A stretch of DNA of 35,456 nt from Octopus bimaculoides (Eukaryota), in the NCBI RefSeq assembly GCF_001194135.2, contig NC_069009.1, positions 568,873 through 604,328 of the forward strand. Reading direction: 5' to 3'. Shown piece after piece: positions 1 through 11,589 of this stretch. Position numbers and translations under genes: made by a program. The first letter of the stretch is position 1; each line of letters starts with the position of its first letter. The notes below the pieces were generated by a model. It saw only the letters and a program-made list of their open reading frames with translations, searched no databases and was not told where the DNA came from.

Positions 1-284
1 AACGTGCAAATGGCTGAGCACTCCACAGACACGTGTACCCTTAACGTAGTTCTCGGGGATATTCAGTGTGACAAGGCCGACCCTTTGAAATACAGGCACA
101 ACAGAAACAGGAAGTAAGAGTGAGAGAAAGTTGTGGTGGAAGAGTACAGCAGGGTTCACCACCATCCCCTGCCGGAGCCTCGTCAAGCTTTAGGTGTTTT
201 CGCTCAATAAACACTCACAACGCCCGGTCTGGGAATCGAAACCACGAGTCCGCTGCCCTAACTACTGGGCCATTGCGCCTCCAC
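1..284 (-). mobile_element. tRNA-derived SINE, family A (3' end runs off the window)
   Basis: Reverse complement starts GTGGAGGCGCAATGGCCCAGTAGTTAGGG (Pol III A box) followed by a GTTTCGATTCC B box. Closely similar copies at 11805, 15382/16773, 24788 and 28731. Confidence 0.85.
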
Positions 285-325
285 TGTGAGTAAAATACCC
301 TAACCACTAAGCCATGCCACTTCAC
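285..325 (-). mobile_element. Head remnant of an older SINE (family B) belonging to the duplicated gene unit
   Basis: ATACCCTAACCACTAAGCCATGCCACTTCAC matches the heads at about 8862-8890 and 22642-22672 and sits at the same position relative to the acceptor. Confidence 0.65.
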
Positions 326-476
326 AGGTGATACAAGTGGAAGGAGAGAAGAGAAAGAAAAGATAATTAAAAAGATGAATAATTACAGAAATGCGGAAAT
401 AATTCATCTTTATACAGAATGTTGTAAAAGTTTCAATGCCTCAATGGATTCTGACCCATGCAAACTTAGACATTAC

Positions 477-700
477 CCCTTTAACATTTAATCCGGCCTC
501 ATCCAGCCATATCCAGACCAAATATGCTACCTGTCTGATGTTGAAACTGAGCAGACCTAACATCTCAAACCTACCCTACAATGTCATTCTCAAAATGTAC
601 GAACACACAAGTGAAATCTTGAAGCTACAAGAAAATGCTTGATTAATTTAAAACAATAGATAAGTATTACATTCGACAAAGAAATCTGAACGCTAAAGGG
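477..700. mobile_element. piggyBac-type MITE (TTAA target, CCC...GGG termini)
   Basis: Left end TTAC|CCCTTTAACATT, right end AACGCTAAAGGG|TTAA (imperfect terminal inverted repeats). Paralogous units show the empty site GACATTAAATG at about 12411 and 22779. Confidence 0.8.
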
Positions 701-751
701 TTAAATGGATGACAACTAAAATAAAATTTGCAATGTTGAACTTCTATGTTG

Positions 752-794
752 TTTAACTATCCTCTTTATCTTACTGCTTCGTTTCCCATTTCAG
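752..794 (+). promoter_or_regulatory. Branch point, polypyrimidine tract and 3' splice acceptor of ZNF-1
   Basis: TTTAAC...TCTTTATCTTACTGCTTCGTTTCCCATTTCAG|AATATC; the same 43-nt element recurs before eight of the nine genes. Confidence 0.8.
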
Positions 795-1179
795 AATATC
801 ACACCATGTTGACAGAAAAGAAATTTCTTCATTCAGATGTGCCTCTAATATTCATTGAGTAAAGGAAGACCATGGTACATTCTTCCATACATCAAACTCT
901 TTATATAAATAAAATCTGCAACAAACGATGGGAAAATGCTTCTTGTAGACAAGGAAATTAACAGCAACATCTTCTTGTCTTCACTGTCTGGAATGTAGAG
1001 ATGATCAATTTAGAGGTTAATTAAGGCCACGTAACTTTACAGAGGATTTGAAAGTTTTCACCTGAAGATTTACATATGAAATAAGATGACAGATGAAAGA
1101 AACATAGCATTGAATTATTCTCTCAAAATAGTGTTGTGAACCGTAGAAATAAGGAAAACACTATCATTGTTCTCTGATA

Positions 1180-2394
<1,215 letters not shown>

Positions 2395-2631
2395 CTGTAT
2401 AAAAACTTATTAAAATAGGACAAGGAATTATGAATATTTTGTCTGCTAAAAGACAGGGTTTATTATTCTTCAGGCTTCACATTATCAACTTCAGTTTGTT
2501 CAATGTTAATATGAAATTCATGAATATCAGCTTCAATGTCATGTATATATCTAAAGATATCAACACGGAGATGACTTTGATTTCTGAAGATGATTGTGCT
2601 GGATTTTTGAGGAATTTGTTAGAAAATAATG

Positions 2632-2637
2632 AATAAA
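2632..2637 (+). terminator. Candidate polyadenylation signal of ZNF-1
   Basis: AATAAA in the conserved 3' UTR block. Equivalent hexamers at 5542, 10869, 14887, 24702 and 28560 after other genes. Confidence 0.5.
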
Positions 2638-3162
2638 AGTTTTAAGTGATATTGATTTTGTCTATGTTATGTTTTCATCATCATCATCTTTATATTTTAT
2701 GGTAGTGAAATGAAGTTAGCACCAAAATAAAGCAAGAAATACCTATAACATAGGGATTTAGTTTACAGGTGATGTACACAACTAAGTACGCTAGGTAAGT
2801 GCTGTAATGGATTACTAGGGCCCCAAAGTTATATCCAAGACGCTAGTATCGATAGGAAGATCCTCAGCCGAGACCAAAAAAAGGTGGGGGTGGAAATTAA
2901 CCAGCCTTGAAGGTGGTAGCAAGTGTGTGGAAAACGAATGTTCTCTCAGGAGTGGGGAAGTGTGACAGGTGCTGCTCCACGTTCCTGTCAGATTTGGTTT
3001 GGTTTCTTTGGCCGTAAGCCCTTAAGATACATAGTATATATTTTATAAATATGCCTGGTCAAGTATCATAATAGCATGAAACTAATAGCACTTTCAGTTG
3101 TGTATTTAATTTCATATATGTATGTGTGTGTGAACACGTCAATATGATAATTAAAATAAGTA

Positions 3163-3378
3163 CTCTTATTTCTTTCAGTCATTTGACTGTGGCCATGCTG
3201 GAGCACCGCCTTTAGTCGAGCAAATCGACCCCAGGACTTATTCTTATCCTTTTTGCCGAACCGCTAAGTTACAGGGATGTAAACACACCAGCATCGGTGG
3301 TCAAGCGATGTTGGGGGAACAAACACACACACACACACATATATATACATATATACGACAGGCTTCTTTCAGTTTCCA
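3163..3378. mobile_element. Interspersed repeat fragment (SINE-like) with internal (CA)n/(TA)n
   Basis: CAGTCATTTGACTGTGGCCATGCTGGAGCACCGCC...TTTTGCCGAACCGCTAAG...GTCAAGCGATG; diverged second copy at about 11125-11230. Confidence 0.6.
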
Positions 3379-3624
3379 AGATCACATAGATAAAAGTTGA
3401 TTTCAGTGATACAGAATTTTCACTCGAATAGGCTATTTATTATGCAAATCTTACATGTAAATATATCCTCTCAGGGGAATATGACATTTCACCTTGATTG
3501 GAAACAATTCAGAGTTCAAAATCTGCCTCAATAAACTGTGAACCATGCAAGCATTGATAAATCTGCATTGAAATGATGAGAATGTTGTTCTTGTAGAACT
3601 TGCTATGTTGAATTAATGTTTTGT

Positions 3625-3657
3625 TCAATATCTTAAGGTTTTCTTGTATTATTTCAG
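3625..3657 (+). promoter_or_regulatory. 3' splice acceptor of ZNF-2 (diverged copy)
   Basis: TTTTCTTGTATTATTTCAG|AATATCACACC followed by the family leader sequence. Confidence 0.65.
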
Positions 3658-4028
3658 AATATCACACCCTGTTGGCATAAAAGAAATTTCTTACATCGGA
3701 TGTGCATTTGATAGTTTTATCAACTTACATTGACTAAAGGAAAACAATATATTTATAAGAAGCATTCATCAAACAAAATCTATGACACGATGGAAAAATA
3801 TTTCTTCTAGACAATGGAATTAACAGCAGCATTTTCTTGTCTTTGCTGTCTGGAATGTAGAGAAGATGATCGCTTTACAGGTTAATTAAACTTGGATATC
3901 TTTGCAAAGGAGTTGACAATTTACATCTGCTGTTTTAGATAAGCAAGGTCACAGATTCAAGAAACATCACATTGAATTATTCCCTGAAAATAGTGACTTA
4001 CCTGAATACAAACTTCATTGTGACATGT

Positions 4029-5351
4029 ATGACAAATTATTCTCTCATAATGAATGATTTAACTAAACAAGAAAAACCTCATACAGGAGAGAAGCCACAT
4101 CACTGTATTATCTGTGGTAAATCATTCTCTCAAAGTGGTGACTTGACTAAACACAAACGTACACATACAGGAGAGAGGCCGTATCATTGCAATATGTGTG
4201 GTAAATCGTTTTCTGACACAAGTCACTTGAAAACACATGAACGTATTCATACTGGTGAGAAGCCATATTGCTGTGATATCTGTGGCAAATCATTCTTCCA
4301 AAGTGGTAACTTAACTAGACACAAACATACACATACTGGAGAGAAGCCATACCATTGCGATATCTGTGGTAAATCTTTCTCACAAAGTTGTGAACTGAGC
4401 AGACACAAACGTGTTCATATGGGTGAGAAGCCATATCAATGTAATATTTGTGGTAAATCATATTTTCAAAGTGGTGACTTGACTAAACACAAATATACAC
4501 ATACAGGTGAGAAGCCATATCATTGTGATATCTGTGGTAAATCATTTTCTGTTAGATTTAACTTAAATATACACAAACATACACATACAGGAGAGAAGCC
4601 ATATCGCTGTGATATCTGTGGTAAATCATTCTCTCGAACTAGTAATTTGACTGCTCACAAATTCATTCATACAGGGCAAAAACCATATCATTGTGATATC
4701 TGTGGTAAATCCTTCTCTGTTAGATTTAGCTTAACTATACACAAGCATACACATACAGGAGAGAGGCCATACCATTGTGATATCTGTGGTAAATCATTCT
4801 ATCAAAGTGATGACTTGACTAAACACAAACATACACATACAGGAGAGAAGCCATATCCTTGCGATATCTGTGGTAAATCATTTTCTCAAAATGGTAGTTT
4901 GACTACTCACAAATTCATTCATACGGGACAAAAACCATATCATTGTGATGTCTGTGGTAATTCATTCTCTCGTAGTAGTCACTTAACTAAACACCAACGT
5001 ACACACACAGGAGAGAAGCCACATCAGTGTGATATCTGTGGTAAAAAATTTTCTTCCACCAGTCACTTGAAAATGCACAAACGTATTCATACTGGGGAAA
5101 AACCATATCATTGTGATATCTGTGGTAAATCATTCTCTCAAAATAATCACTTGACTAAACACAAATGTACACATACAGGTGAGAAGCCATATCATTGCAA
5201 TATTTGTGGTAAATCATTCTCTCAAACTAGTCGATTGAATATTCACAAGCATATTCATACAGGTGAGAAGCTATATCACTGTGACATCTGTGGTAAATCA
5301 TTCTCTCATAGACCTAACTTGAATGTACATAAATGTATTCCTACTGGATAG
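4029..5351 (+). CDS. ZNF-2: C2H2 zinc-finger protein, 14 intact fingers plus one lacking its last His
   Basis: First in-frame ATG at 4029; family-conserved ATG at 4050 (the track start 3972 is TTG). Stop is TAG in place of the GAG of a TGEKP linker, followed by a decayed finger. Confidence 0.9.
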   Translation: MTNYSLIMNDLTKQEKPHTGEKPHHCIICGKSFSQSGDLTKHKRTHTGERPYHCNMCGKSFSDTSHLKTHERIHTGEKPYCCDICGKSFFQSGNLTRHKHTHTGEKPYHCDICGKSFSQSCELSRHKRVHMGEKPYQCNICGKSYFQSGDLTKHKYTHTGEKPYHCDICGKSFSVRFNLNIHKHTHTGEKPYRCDICGKSFSRTSNLTAHKFIHTGQKPYHCDICGKSFSVRFSLTIHKHTHTGERPYHCDICGKSFYQSDDLTKHKHTHTGEKPYPCDICGKSFSQNGSLTTHKFIHTGQKPYHCDVCGNSFSRSSHLTKHQRTHTGEKPHQCDICGKKFSSTSHLKMHKRIHTGEKPYHCDICGKSFSQNNHLTKHKCTHTGEKPYHCNICGKSFSQTSRLNIHKHIHTGEKLYHCDICGKSFSHRPNLNVHKCIPTG

Positions 5352-6315
5352 AAGCCATCTCAATGTGACATTTGTGGAAAATCATCTTCTCCAGAAGTCC
5401 ACATGCACACACATGTGGGTGTAACTGTATGAATGTCAAAATTTATTACATAACAACAATTATGACTATTTCGTCTGCTAAAAGACAGGGTTTTTTCCCT
5501 TCATCAATACTGTGAATGTGAACCTCAAATTTTTGATAATCAATAAAAAAAAATGTTGACTCTGAGATAACTTAATTACTGAAAATGCCTGTGATTGGAT
5601 TTTGAGGAATTTGTTAAAAAAAAAAAATAATGACTAAAAAATTTATAGTGTAACCATTTTGTGTTTGTTTTGTTTTTTCTTTATCTATTCATTGTTTCCT
5701 CTGGTGCATTCTGTAAATTGGTTGGCATTATGAAGGGATTCTCTTCATATGACAAGCGAACGGCAAAGGGAACTGCAGCCCTTGATCATGGGTGATGCAA
5801 AAGAGGGTGTTGCTCCTTAGTCTGGCTGACACTGAAGAGGAAGGGATAGGATATGCTTTCTATGGTCAGTAATGAACCCTAAGCAAAGAACTGACCTTTC
5901 CTTGACCAGCACAGGTCCTTAGGGGTCAAGTGTTTCCTCTGTTTTGATAAGCAACAAGTGGGTAGATTTGGTTTCAAATCTCAGGCAGAGCCAAGCAAGG
6001 TCCCTACAGCGGGGACACATTATTAATTATCCTATGTGTGCTATCAATCGATTTTCGTATTGTATGACAAAACAGTTGCTGTGAACAATATGTTTGAAAG
6101 CTGTAGGCTTCATGTAATAGGAGCTGCACTCTGTTGTTTACAGTCTTACCAAAGTTCAGTATGAAGGACAGGGAGTCTAATGTTAGGGTGCCTAGTGGAG
6201 TAATCCTTAGTTACCCTGATACTTGGGTGAATGGAATTAGCTGTGCTAGATGCTCACCATAATGTTCCTCTCGGTTTCGACACTACATTTATTAGAGTTT
6301 GTCTTAAATAGAATC

Positions 6316-6519
6316 TTCTTTTCTACACTAGGCACAAGGCCCGAAATTCTTGGGAAGGAGGCTAGTCGATTAGATTGATTCCAGTACGAAACTGGTACTT
6401 AATTTATCGACCCCAAAAGGATGAATGGAAAAGTCGACCTCGGCGGAATTTGAACTCAGAACGTAAAGACGTACGAAATACCGCTAAGCATTTCGCCCGA
6501 CGTGCTAACGTTTCTGCCA
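6316..6519 (-). mobile_element. tRNA-derived SINE, family C
   Basis: Reverse complement TGGCAGAAACGTTAGCACG...GTTCAAATTCCGCCGAGGTCGAC gives A and B boxes. Related to 25077-25219 and the decayed copies at 16260-16640. Confidence 0.8.
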
Positions 6520-6611
6520 ATATTTATGGCATCTACACACCTCACGAAAATGAGAGGGAAAAACTCTATAAATTACACTAATTACCATTTGCACCATTCC
6601 TGTTTTAGGAA

Positions 6612-6930
6612 AAACACTGAAAAACACTGGAACGAATCCCACCAGCCAGTAGAGCCATCTTTTGGATGAATTGATAAAATACAATCATATCAAGGGAAAT
6701 GACTTCCACAACACTTCCGCCAAGGTCCAATTAAATTTATTAATTAGTGTAATTACCGATCAGGTACTCGTTCTGTATATCCGAATACGGTAAGTTGACA
6801 ACGATTGCTTTAAGGGCTGTAATGGTGATAATAATAATACTAATAATGTGAATAATGGAGTTATATGAACCTCTCGATGTTACAATAATTATTTCGAATC
6901 GAAAACATAACATTGGGAGAATATATTTTG
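6612..6930 (+). promoter_or_regulatory. Conserved upstream block of unit 3 with candidate splice donor at 6790
   Basis: GGGAAATGACTTC (6694-6706) and GAATACG|GTAAGT; homologous blocks upstream of ZNF-4, 5, 7, 8 and 9. Confidence 0.55.
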
Positions 6931-7153
6931 ATTGATTATGATTTTTTTTCAGTCCTACCACGCCAGTCCCGACCGATTTTTCTTTTTTTCATTACTACAC
7001 ACATGGGAGAAACCTTTTCGGTTAAAAAAAAAAAAAATCTTTTCAGAGGAGACGAAAGTGCGTGATATAAGGAAGATTTGGCTGTTGTTTCTAGCACATC
7101 GCAAGAGCACCTTCCTTATTTTTTTCTCTCTCAGATGTGGGTCCTGATGACCG

Positions 7154-7187
7154 TAACCCTGACCCTGACCCTAAACCTAACCCTAAC
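7154..7187. repeat. Short degenerate (CCCTAA/CCCTGA)n tract
   Basis: TAACCCTGACCCTGACCCTAAACCTAACCCTAAC followed by ACTAGTTTTGTGAGATTTGGCTGTTAT; the same cassette is at 18123-18200. Confidence 0.7.
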
Positions 7188-7214
7188 ACTAGTTTTGTGA
7201 GATTTGGCTGTTAT

Positions 7215-7766
7215 NNNNNNNNNNNNNNNNNNNNNNNNNNNNNNNNNNNNNNNNNNNNNNNNNNNNNNNNNNNNNNNNNNNNNNNNNNNNNNNNNNNNNN
7301 NNNNNNNNNNNNNNNNNNNNNNNNNNNNNNNNNNNNNNNNNNNNNNNNNNNNNNNNNNNNNNNNNNNNNNNNNNNNNNNNNNNNNNNNNNNNNNNNNNNN
7401 NNNNNNNNNNNNNNNNNNNNNNNNNNNNNNNNNNNNNNNNNNNNNNNNNNNNNNNNNNNNNNNNNNNNNNNNNNNNNNNNNNNNNNNNNNNNNNNNNNNN
7501 NNNNNNNNNNNNNNNNNNNNNNNNNNNNNNNNNNNNNNNNNNNNNNNNNNNNNNNNNNNNNNNNNNNNNNNNNNNNNNNNNNNNNNNNNNNNNNNNNNNN
7601 NNNNNNNNNNNNNNNNNNNNNNNNNNNNNNNNNNNNNNNNNNNNNNNNNNNNNNNNNNNNNNNNNNNNNNNNNNNNNNNNNNNNNNNNNNNNNNNNNNNN
7701 NNNNNNNNNNNNNNNNNNNNNNNNNNNNNNNNNNNNNNNNNNNNNNNNNNNNNNNNNNNNNNNNNN
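7215..7766. other. Assembly gap
   Basis: Run of N. Confidence 1.
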
Positions 7767-7878
7767 CATAGTTGCTGGTTGGGTGTGTCTTCTACCATAA
7801 CCTTGGGCCAACTATAAGCGTTGTGAGAGGATATGGTAGACAGGAACTGAAAGAAACCTATCGTCTATCAAAAGTTCT

Positions 7879-7966
7879 ATCTCTCTCTATATATATGTGT
7901 GTGTGTTTATATATGCACACACGTGTATATATATCCATGCATATATACATATATATATATATATAT
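7879..7966. repeat. Compound (CT)n/(AT)n/(GT)n microsatellite
   Basis: Dinucleotide runs visible directly; a similar tract lies at about 8333-8362. Confidence 0.85.
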
Positions 7967-8438
7967 TCGTAAACATTTACAAACGAAATCATGGTACGTA
8001 AGTAATAGTTTTCATTTCGTATATTTTCAGTTGTCTTGCTCATTTTTACATTCTGGCGTTTGCTGAAATTTTCTTGAGAACACACTCTTCGTGGTAAGGC
8101 GATTTGACGTCTATTTTCATCATATTACGAATCCAATTTGGTGGTCTTTCCTCTTAATTTGTATGTAATATAATTTTTAATCTTCGGATTTTTTAAAAAT
8201 ATGGTAAGCCACTGGTTTTAATGGATTAATATCAATTTCTACCCTCATTATTTAATTTTTATATATATAATACGTCAGTGTCATTTTCATTTTTGCGTAA
8301 TTTAGATGACAGTTTATTCACTGCACCCTGCATATATATATATATGTGTGTGTGTATATATATCGTTCAGGTGTACAGAAAACAAGACAAGGACGTGACA
8401 GAAAGACAAGCAGGTGTATTTTAATATTCATGAAAAAT

Positions 8439-8528
8439 GAACACAATGCGTAGCCCGGTCCAGGAATCAAAACCACAATCTTACGATCATGGTATCGACA
8501 CCCTAACCACTAATCCACGCGCTTCCAC
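8439..8528 (-). mobile_element. tRNA-derived SINE head (decayed)
   Basis: Reverse complement GTGGAAGCGCGTGGATTAGTGGTTAGGG...GGTTTTGATTCCTGGACCGGG has A- and B-box-like motifs. Confidence 0.6.
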
Positions 8529-8692
8529 GATAGAATATGCACCAAACTTAAATATAAATACTGGGATTGATTTGTTTGATGAAGTCCTTGAAACATGTAC
8601 TCCAGCATGGCCTCAGTCCACTTGGTGAAACAGTAACTGGCCCTTTGTGTTTTAGTTTGTCCAGTCAATGGAACAATGCTCATGGAATTAAA

Positions 8693-8890
8693 TTGCAAAT
8701 GGCTGAGTACTTCACAGACATATGAGAAAACTAGCCCTCTGAATTATAGATTAGGGTCAGTTTTGCTAGCTGAGTGAACTGGAGCAATGTGAAATAAAGT
8801 GGCTTGGAGACTAGATGCCCCACTGGGTATTGAACTCATGACCTTGCCACCAGATGCAGATACCCTAACCACTAAGCCATACCACTTCAC
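8693..8890 (-). mobile_element. Old SINE, family B, with MIR/CORE-like segment; part of the ancestral gene unit
   Basis: GAGTGAACTGGAGCAATGTGAAATAAAGTGGCTTG and a tRNA-like head. Positionally equivalent copy at 18802-19035, remnants at 285 and 22642. Confidence 0.65.
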
Positions 8891-9056
8891 AGGTGAAAGC
8901 AGAGAGAAGAAAGAAAAAAGCTAAGACATATATAATTTGAGAAATATAGGAAAATCTATATACAGAATGTTGTAGAAGTTTCAATGCCTCAATGGACTCC
9001 AGCCCATGCAAATGGATGACGGTTGATGTAAAATTCGCAATATTGAATTATTGTCA

Positions 9057-9099
9057 TTTAACTATTGTTCTTATCTTACTGTTTCTTTTCCTATTTCAG
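9057..9099 (+). promoter_or_regulatory. Branch point and 3' splice acceptor of ZNF-3
   Basis: TTTAAC...TTTCTTTTCCTATTTCAG|AATATC, 43 nt. Confidence 0.8.
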
Positions 9100-9526
9100 A
9101 ATATCACATCATGTTGACAGAAAAGAAATTTCTTCATTCGGACATGCCTCTGATATTTTTATCAATTTTCATCCACTAAAAGAAGACGATATATTTATAA
9201 GGAGCATTCATCAATACATCAACCTCTTTATATTAAAAAAACTAAAATAAAATCTGAGACAAACAACGAACTATTTCTTTTGGATGATGGATTTAACAAC
9301 GCCACTTTCTAGTCTTCTCTGATTGATATGTAGAGATGATTGCTTTACAGGTTAATTAAGCTTGGATAACTTTACAAAGGAGTGGACAGTTTACATCTGC
9401 TGGTTTAGATAATAAACAAGATCACAAATGAAAGAAAAATAGTAACTCAACTAAACAAACATATTCATAAAAATAATTAAAAAAAAGAGTAATTTTTTTA
9501 TATGTGTAACAAATTATTCTATTATA

Positions 9527-10501
9527 ATGAATCATTTAACCAAACAAAAAAACCCTGATGCAAGAGAGAAACCATATCGCTGTAATATCTGTGGAAAAGC
9601 ATTCTCTCAGAGTGGTCACTTGACTGTACACAAACGTACACATACAGGAGAGAAGCCATATCGTTGTAACATCTGTGGTACATCATTCTCTAGAAATAAT
9701 CACTTGACTAGTCACAAACGTATTCATACTGGAGAAAGACCATGTCATTGTGATATCTGTGGTAAATCATTCTCTCTGAGGAGTAACTTGACTAAACATA
9801 AACATACTCATACAAGAGAGAAGCTATATCATTGTGATATCTGTGGTAAATCATTCACTGAAAATGGTTACTTGACGAGACACAGACGCATTCATACAGG
9901 AGAGAAACCTTATCGCTGTGATATATGTGGTAAATCATTCACTGAAGGGTTTGGCGTAACTAGACACAAGCGCGTTCATACAGGAGAGAAGCCATATCAT
10001 TGTGATGTCTGTGGTGAAGCATTTTCTGAATTTAGTAATATGAAAAGGCACAAACGTATTCATACAGGAGAGAAACCATATCGTTGTGATATCTGTGGTA
10101 AATCATTCTCTTGTCGTAATCATTGGACTAGGCACAAAAATATTCATACAGGAGAGAAGCCGTATCACTGTGAAATATGTGGTAAATCATTCTCTCAAGT
10201 TGAGCAATTGAAAACACACAAACGTATTCATACAGGTGAGAAGCCATATCAATGTGATATCTGTGCTAAATCATTTTCTAAATGTGGCGGTCTATCTCGT
10301 CACAGACGTATTCATACAGGAGAGAGACCATATCGTTGTAATATCTGTGGTAAATCATTCTCCCGAAGTGGTCCTTTGACTGGTCACAAACGCATTCATA
10401 CAGGTGAGAAGCCCTATCATTGTGATATCTGTGGTAAATCATTCTCTCAAAGTAATCACTTGACTAGACACAAACTGACACACACAAGAGAGAAACCATA
10501 A
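9527..10501 (+). CDS. ZNF-3: C2H2 zinc-finger protein, 324 aa, 11 fingers
   Basis: Eleven canonical fingers; stop is TAA at the linker Tyr codon (CCA TAA CAT TGC). Confidence 0.92.
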   Translation: MNHLTKQKNPDAREKPYRCNICGKAFSQSGHLTVHKRTHTGEKPYRCNICGTSFSRNNHLTSHKRIHTGERPCHCDICGKSFSLRSNLTKHKHTHTREKLYHCDICGKSFTENGYLTRHRRIHTGEKPYRCDICGKSFTEGFGVTRHKRVHTGEKPYHCDVCGEAFSEFSNMKRHKRIHTGEKPYRCDICGKSFSCRNHWTRHKNIHTGEKPYHCEICGKSFSQVEQLKTHKRIHTGEKPYQCDICAKSFSKCGGLSRHRRIHTGERPYRCNICGKSFSRSGPLTGHKRIHTGEKPYHCDICGKSFSQSNHLTRHKLTHTREKP

Positions 10502-10745
10502 CATTGCTGTACCTGTTGTAATTTATTTTTTGGAAATAGGGTTGTAACTATACATGAACATGTTCATACAAGAGAGAAACTATTTCATGGTGATGTCGGT
10601 GATTAATCCTTCTGTCATAGACGTAGCTTAACTGTACATGAACGCATTCCTACAGAATTGAAATCATGTCAGTGTGACATCTTTGGTAAACCATGCTCTC
10701 AAAAACGCAACTTCTATATGTGGGTATTCACAAAGAAATGTAACT
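10502..10745 (+). pseudogene. Decayed fingers downstream of the ZNF-3 stop
   Basis: Recognisable CATACAAGAGAGAAA and CAGTGTGACATCTTTGGTAAA repeats with lost Cys/His codons and stops. Confidence 0.7.
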
Positions 10746-11374
10746 GCATCAGTGTCCAAATTTATTACATGACAACAATAAAGACTATTTTGTCTGCTAA
10801 AAGACAGGGTTTTTTTCCCCTTCATCAACTTCAATACTGTGAATGTGAACCTCAAATTTTTGATAATCAATAAAAAAAATGTTGACTCTGAGATAATTTA
10901 ATTACTGAAAATGTTTGTGATTGGATTTTGAAGTATTTATTAAAAAAAAAATAAATGAATAAAAAATTTATGTGTTTGTTTTGTTATTCTTTATCTATTC
11001 TTTGTCTCCTTTATACTTGAAATATCTCAATTGGCACAATGGCACACCCATTCAATACTATTTCCCCCATTCCTAGTTTTAGGGGGTTTTGTCATGCCAT
11101 GCACTTGGTGACCCTGTCGGGTCTGATGCTTATTCTCTCAGTTCTTTTTGCCGAACTGCTAGGGGTCGGGGACACAAACACACCCGCATCAGTTGTCAAG
11201 CGATGGCAGGACACACAGACATATGTGACGAAGGGGAGGAGAAAGGTGGCTCTATGGTACCATGGAGATCTCAGAGAGAGTATTTGCCCTCAACAGAATG
11301 GACGATTACGAAACGGAGTATAGATGCAGCGTTCTTTAGATCAGTGTCAATTGTGAAGGAAAGAGAATCATCAG

Positions 11375-11528
11375 AAAGGAGAGGAAATGACGTCAGGAAG
11401 GGACCGCAAGTAAGACGGCTTGACGTCAAACCAGGAAGCCTGAGGTTGAAGACGTCTTCTTTATTACGGTGTCTGCGATGGGAGTCAAGTCGTGAGCTGG
11501 AAATGGCCTCTGAGTAGAATATGTGAGT
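11375..11528 (+). promoter_or_regulatory. Candidate promoter and non-coding first exon of ZNF-4
   Basis: Two perfect CRE palindromes TGACGTCA (11388-11395, 11421-11428), a GC/CpG-richer patch and donor GAATAT|GTGAGT at 11523. Homologous to 24832-24981. Confidence 0.6.
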
Positions 11529-11589
11529 GCACTTTCTTAAAATAATCTGGTGAGAATTTCAAATAACTTGAAGATGAAGTTGTTAACAG

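Noticed and set aside
436-642. 68-aa ORF upstream of ZNF-1
   Set aside because: It runs across the MITE junction and has no recognisable domain.
2430-2636. 3' UTR ORF MNILSAKRQG..., colinear with 14668-14862
   Set aside because: Differences between the two copies are mostly non-synonymous by manual comparison, and the frame is broken early after ZNF-2, 6 and 7. Shared ancestry explains it.
3972-4028. TTG/GTG starts given by the ORF track for ZNF-2, 4, 5, 6, 8 and 9
   Set aside because: These are prokaryote-style alternative starts. The extensions are off-frame fossil finger sequence, and ATGs exist just downstream.
5690-6300. Unexplained spacer segments (also 2700-2950, 28990-29520, 30060-30385, 32240-33000, 34905-35456)
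   Set aside because: They are probably old transposon debris, but I could not identify termini, TSDs or protein motifs by eye. A repeat-library search is needed.
11039-11517. ORFs 11039-11323 and 11089-11517 as proteins
   Set aside because: They overlap a repeat fragment and the promoter-like block, and the homologous block in unit 7 does not keep the frame.
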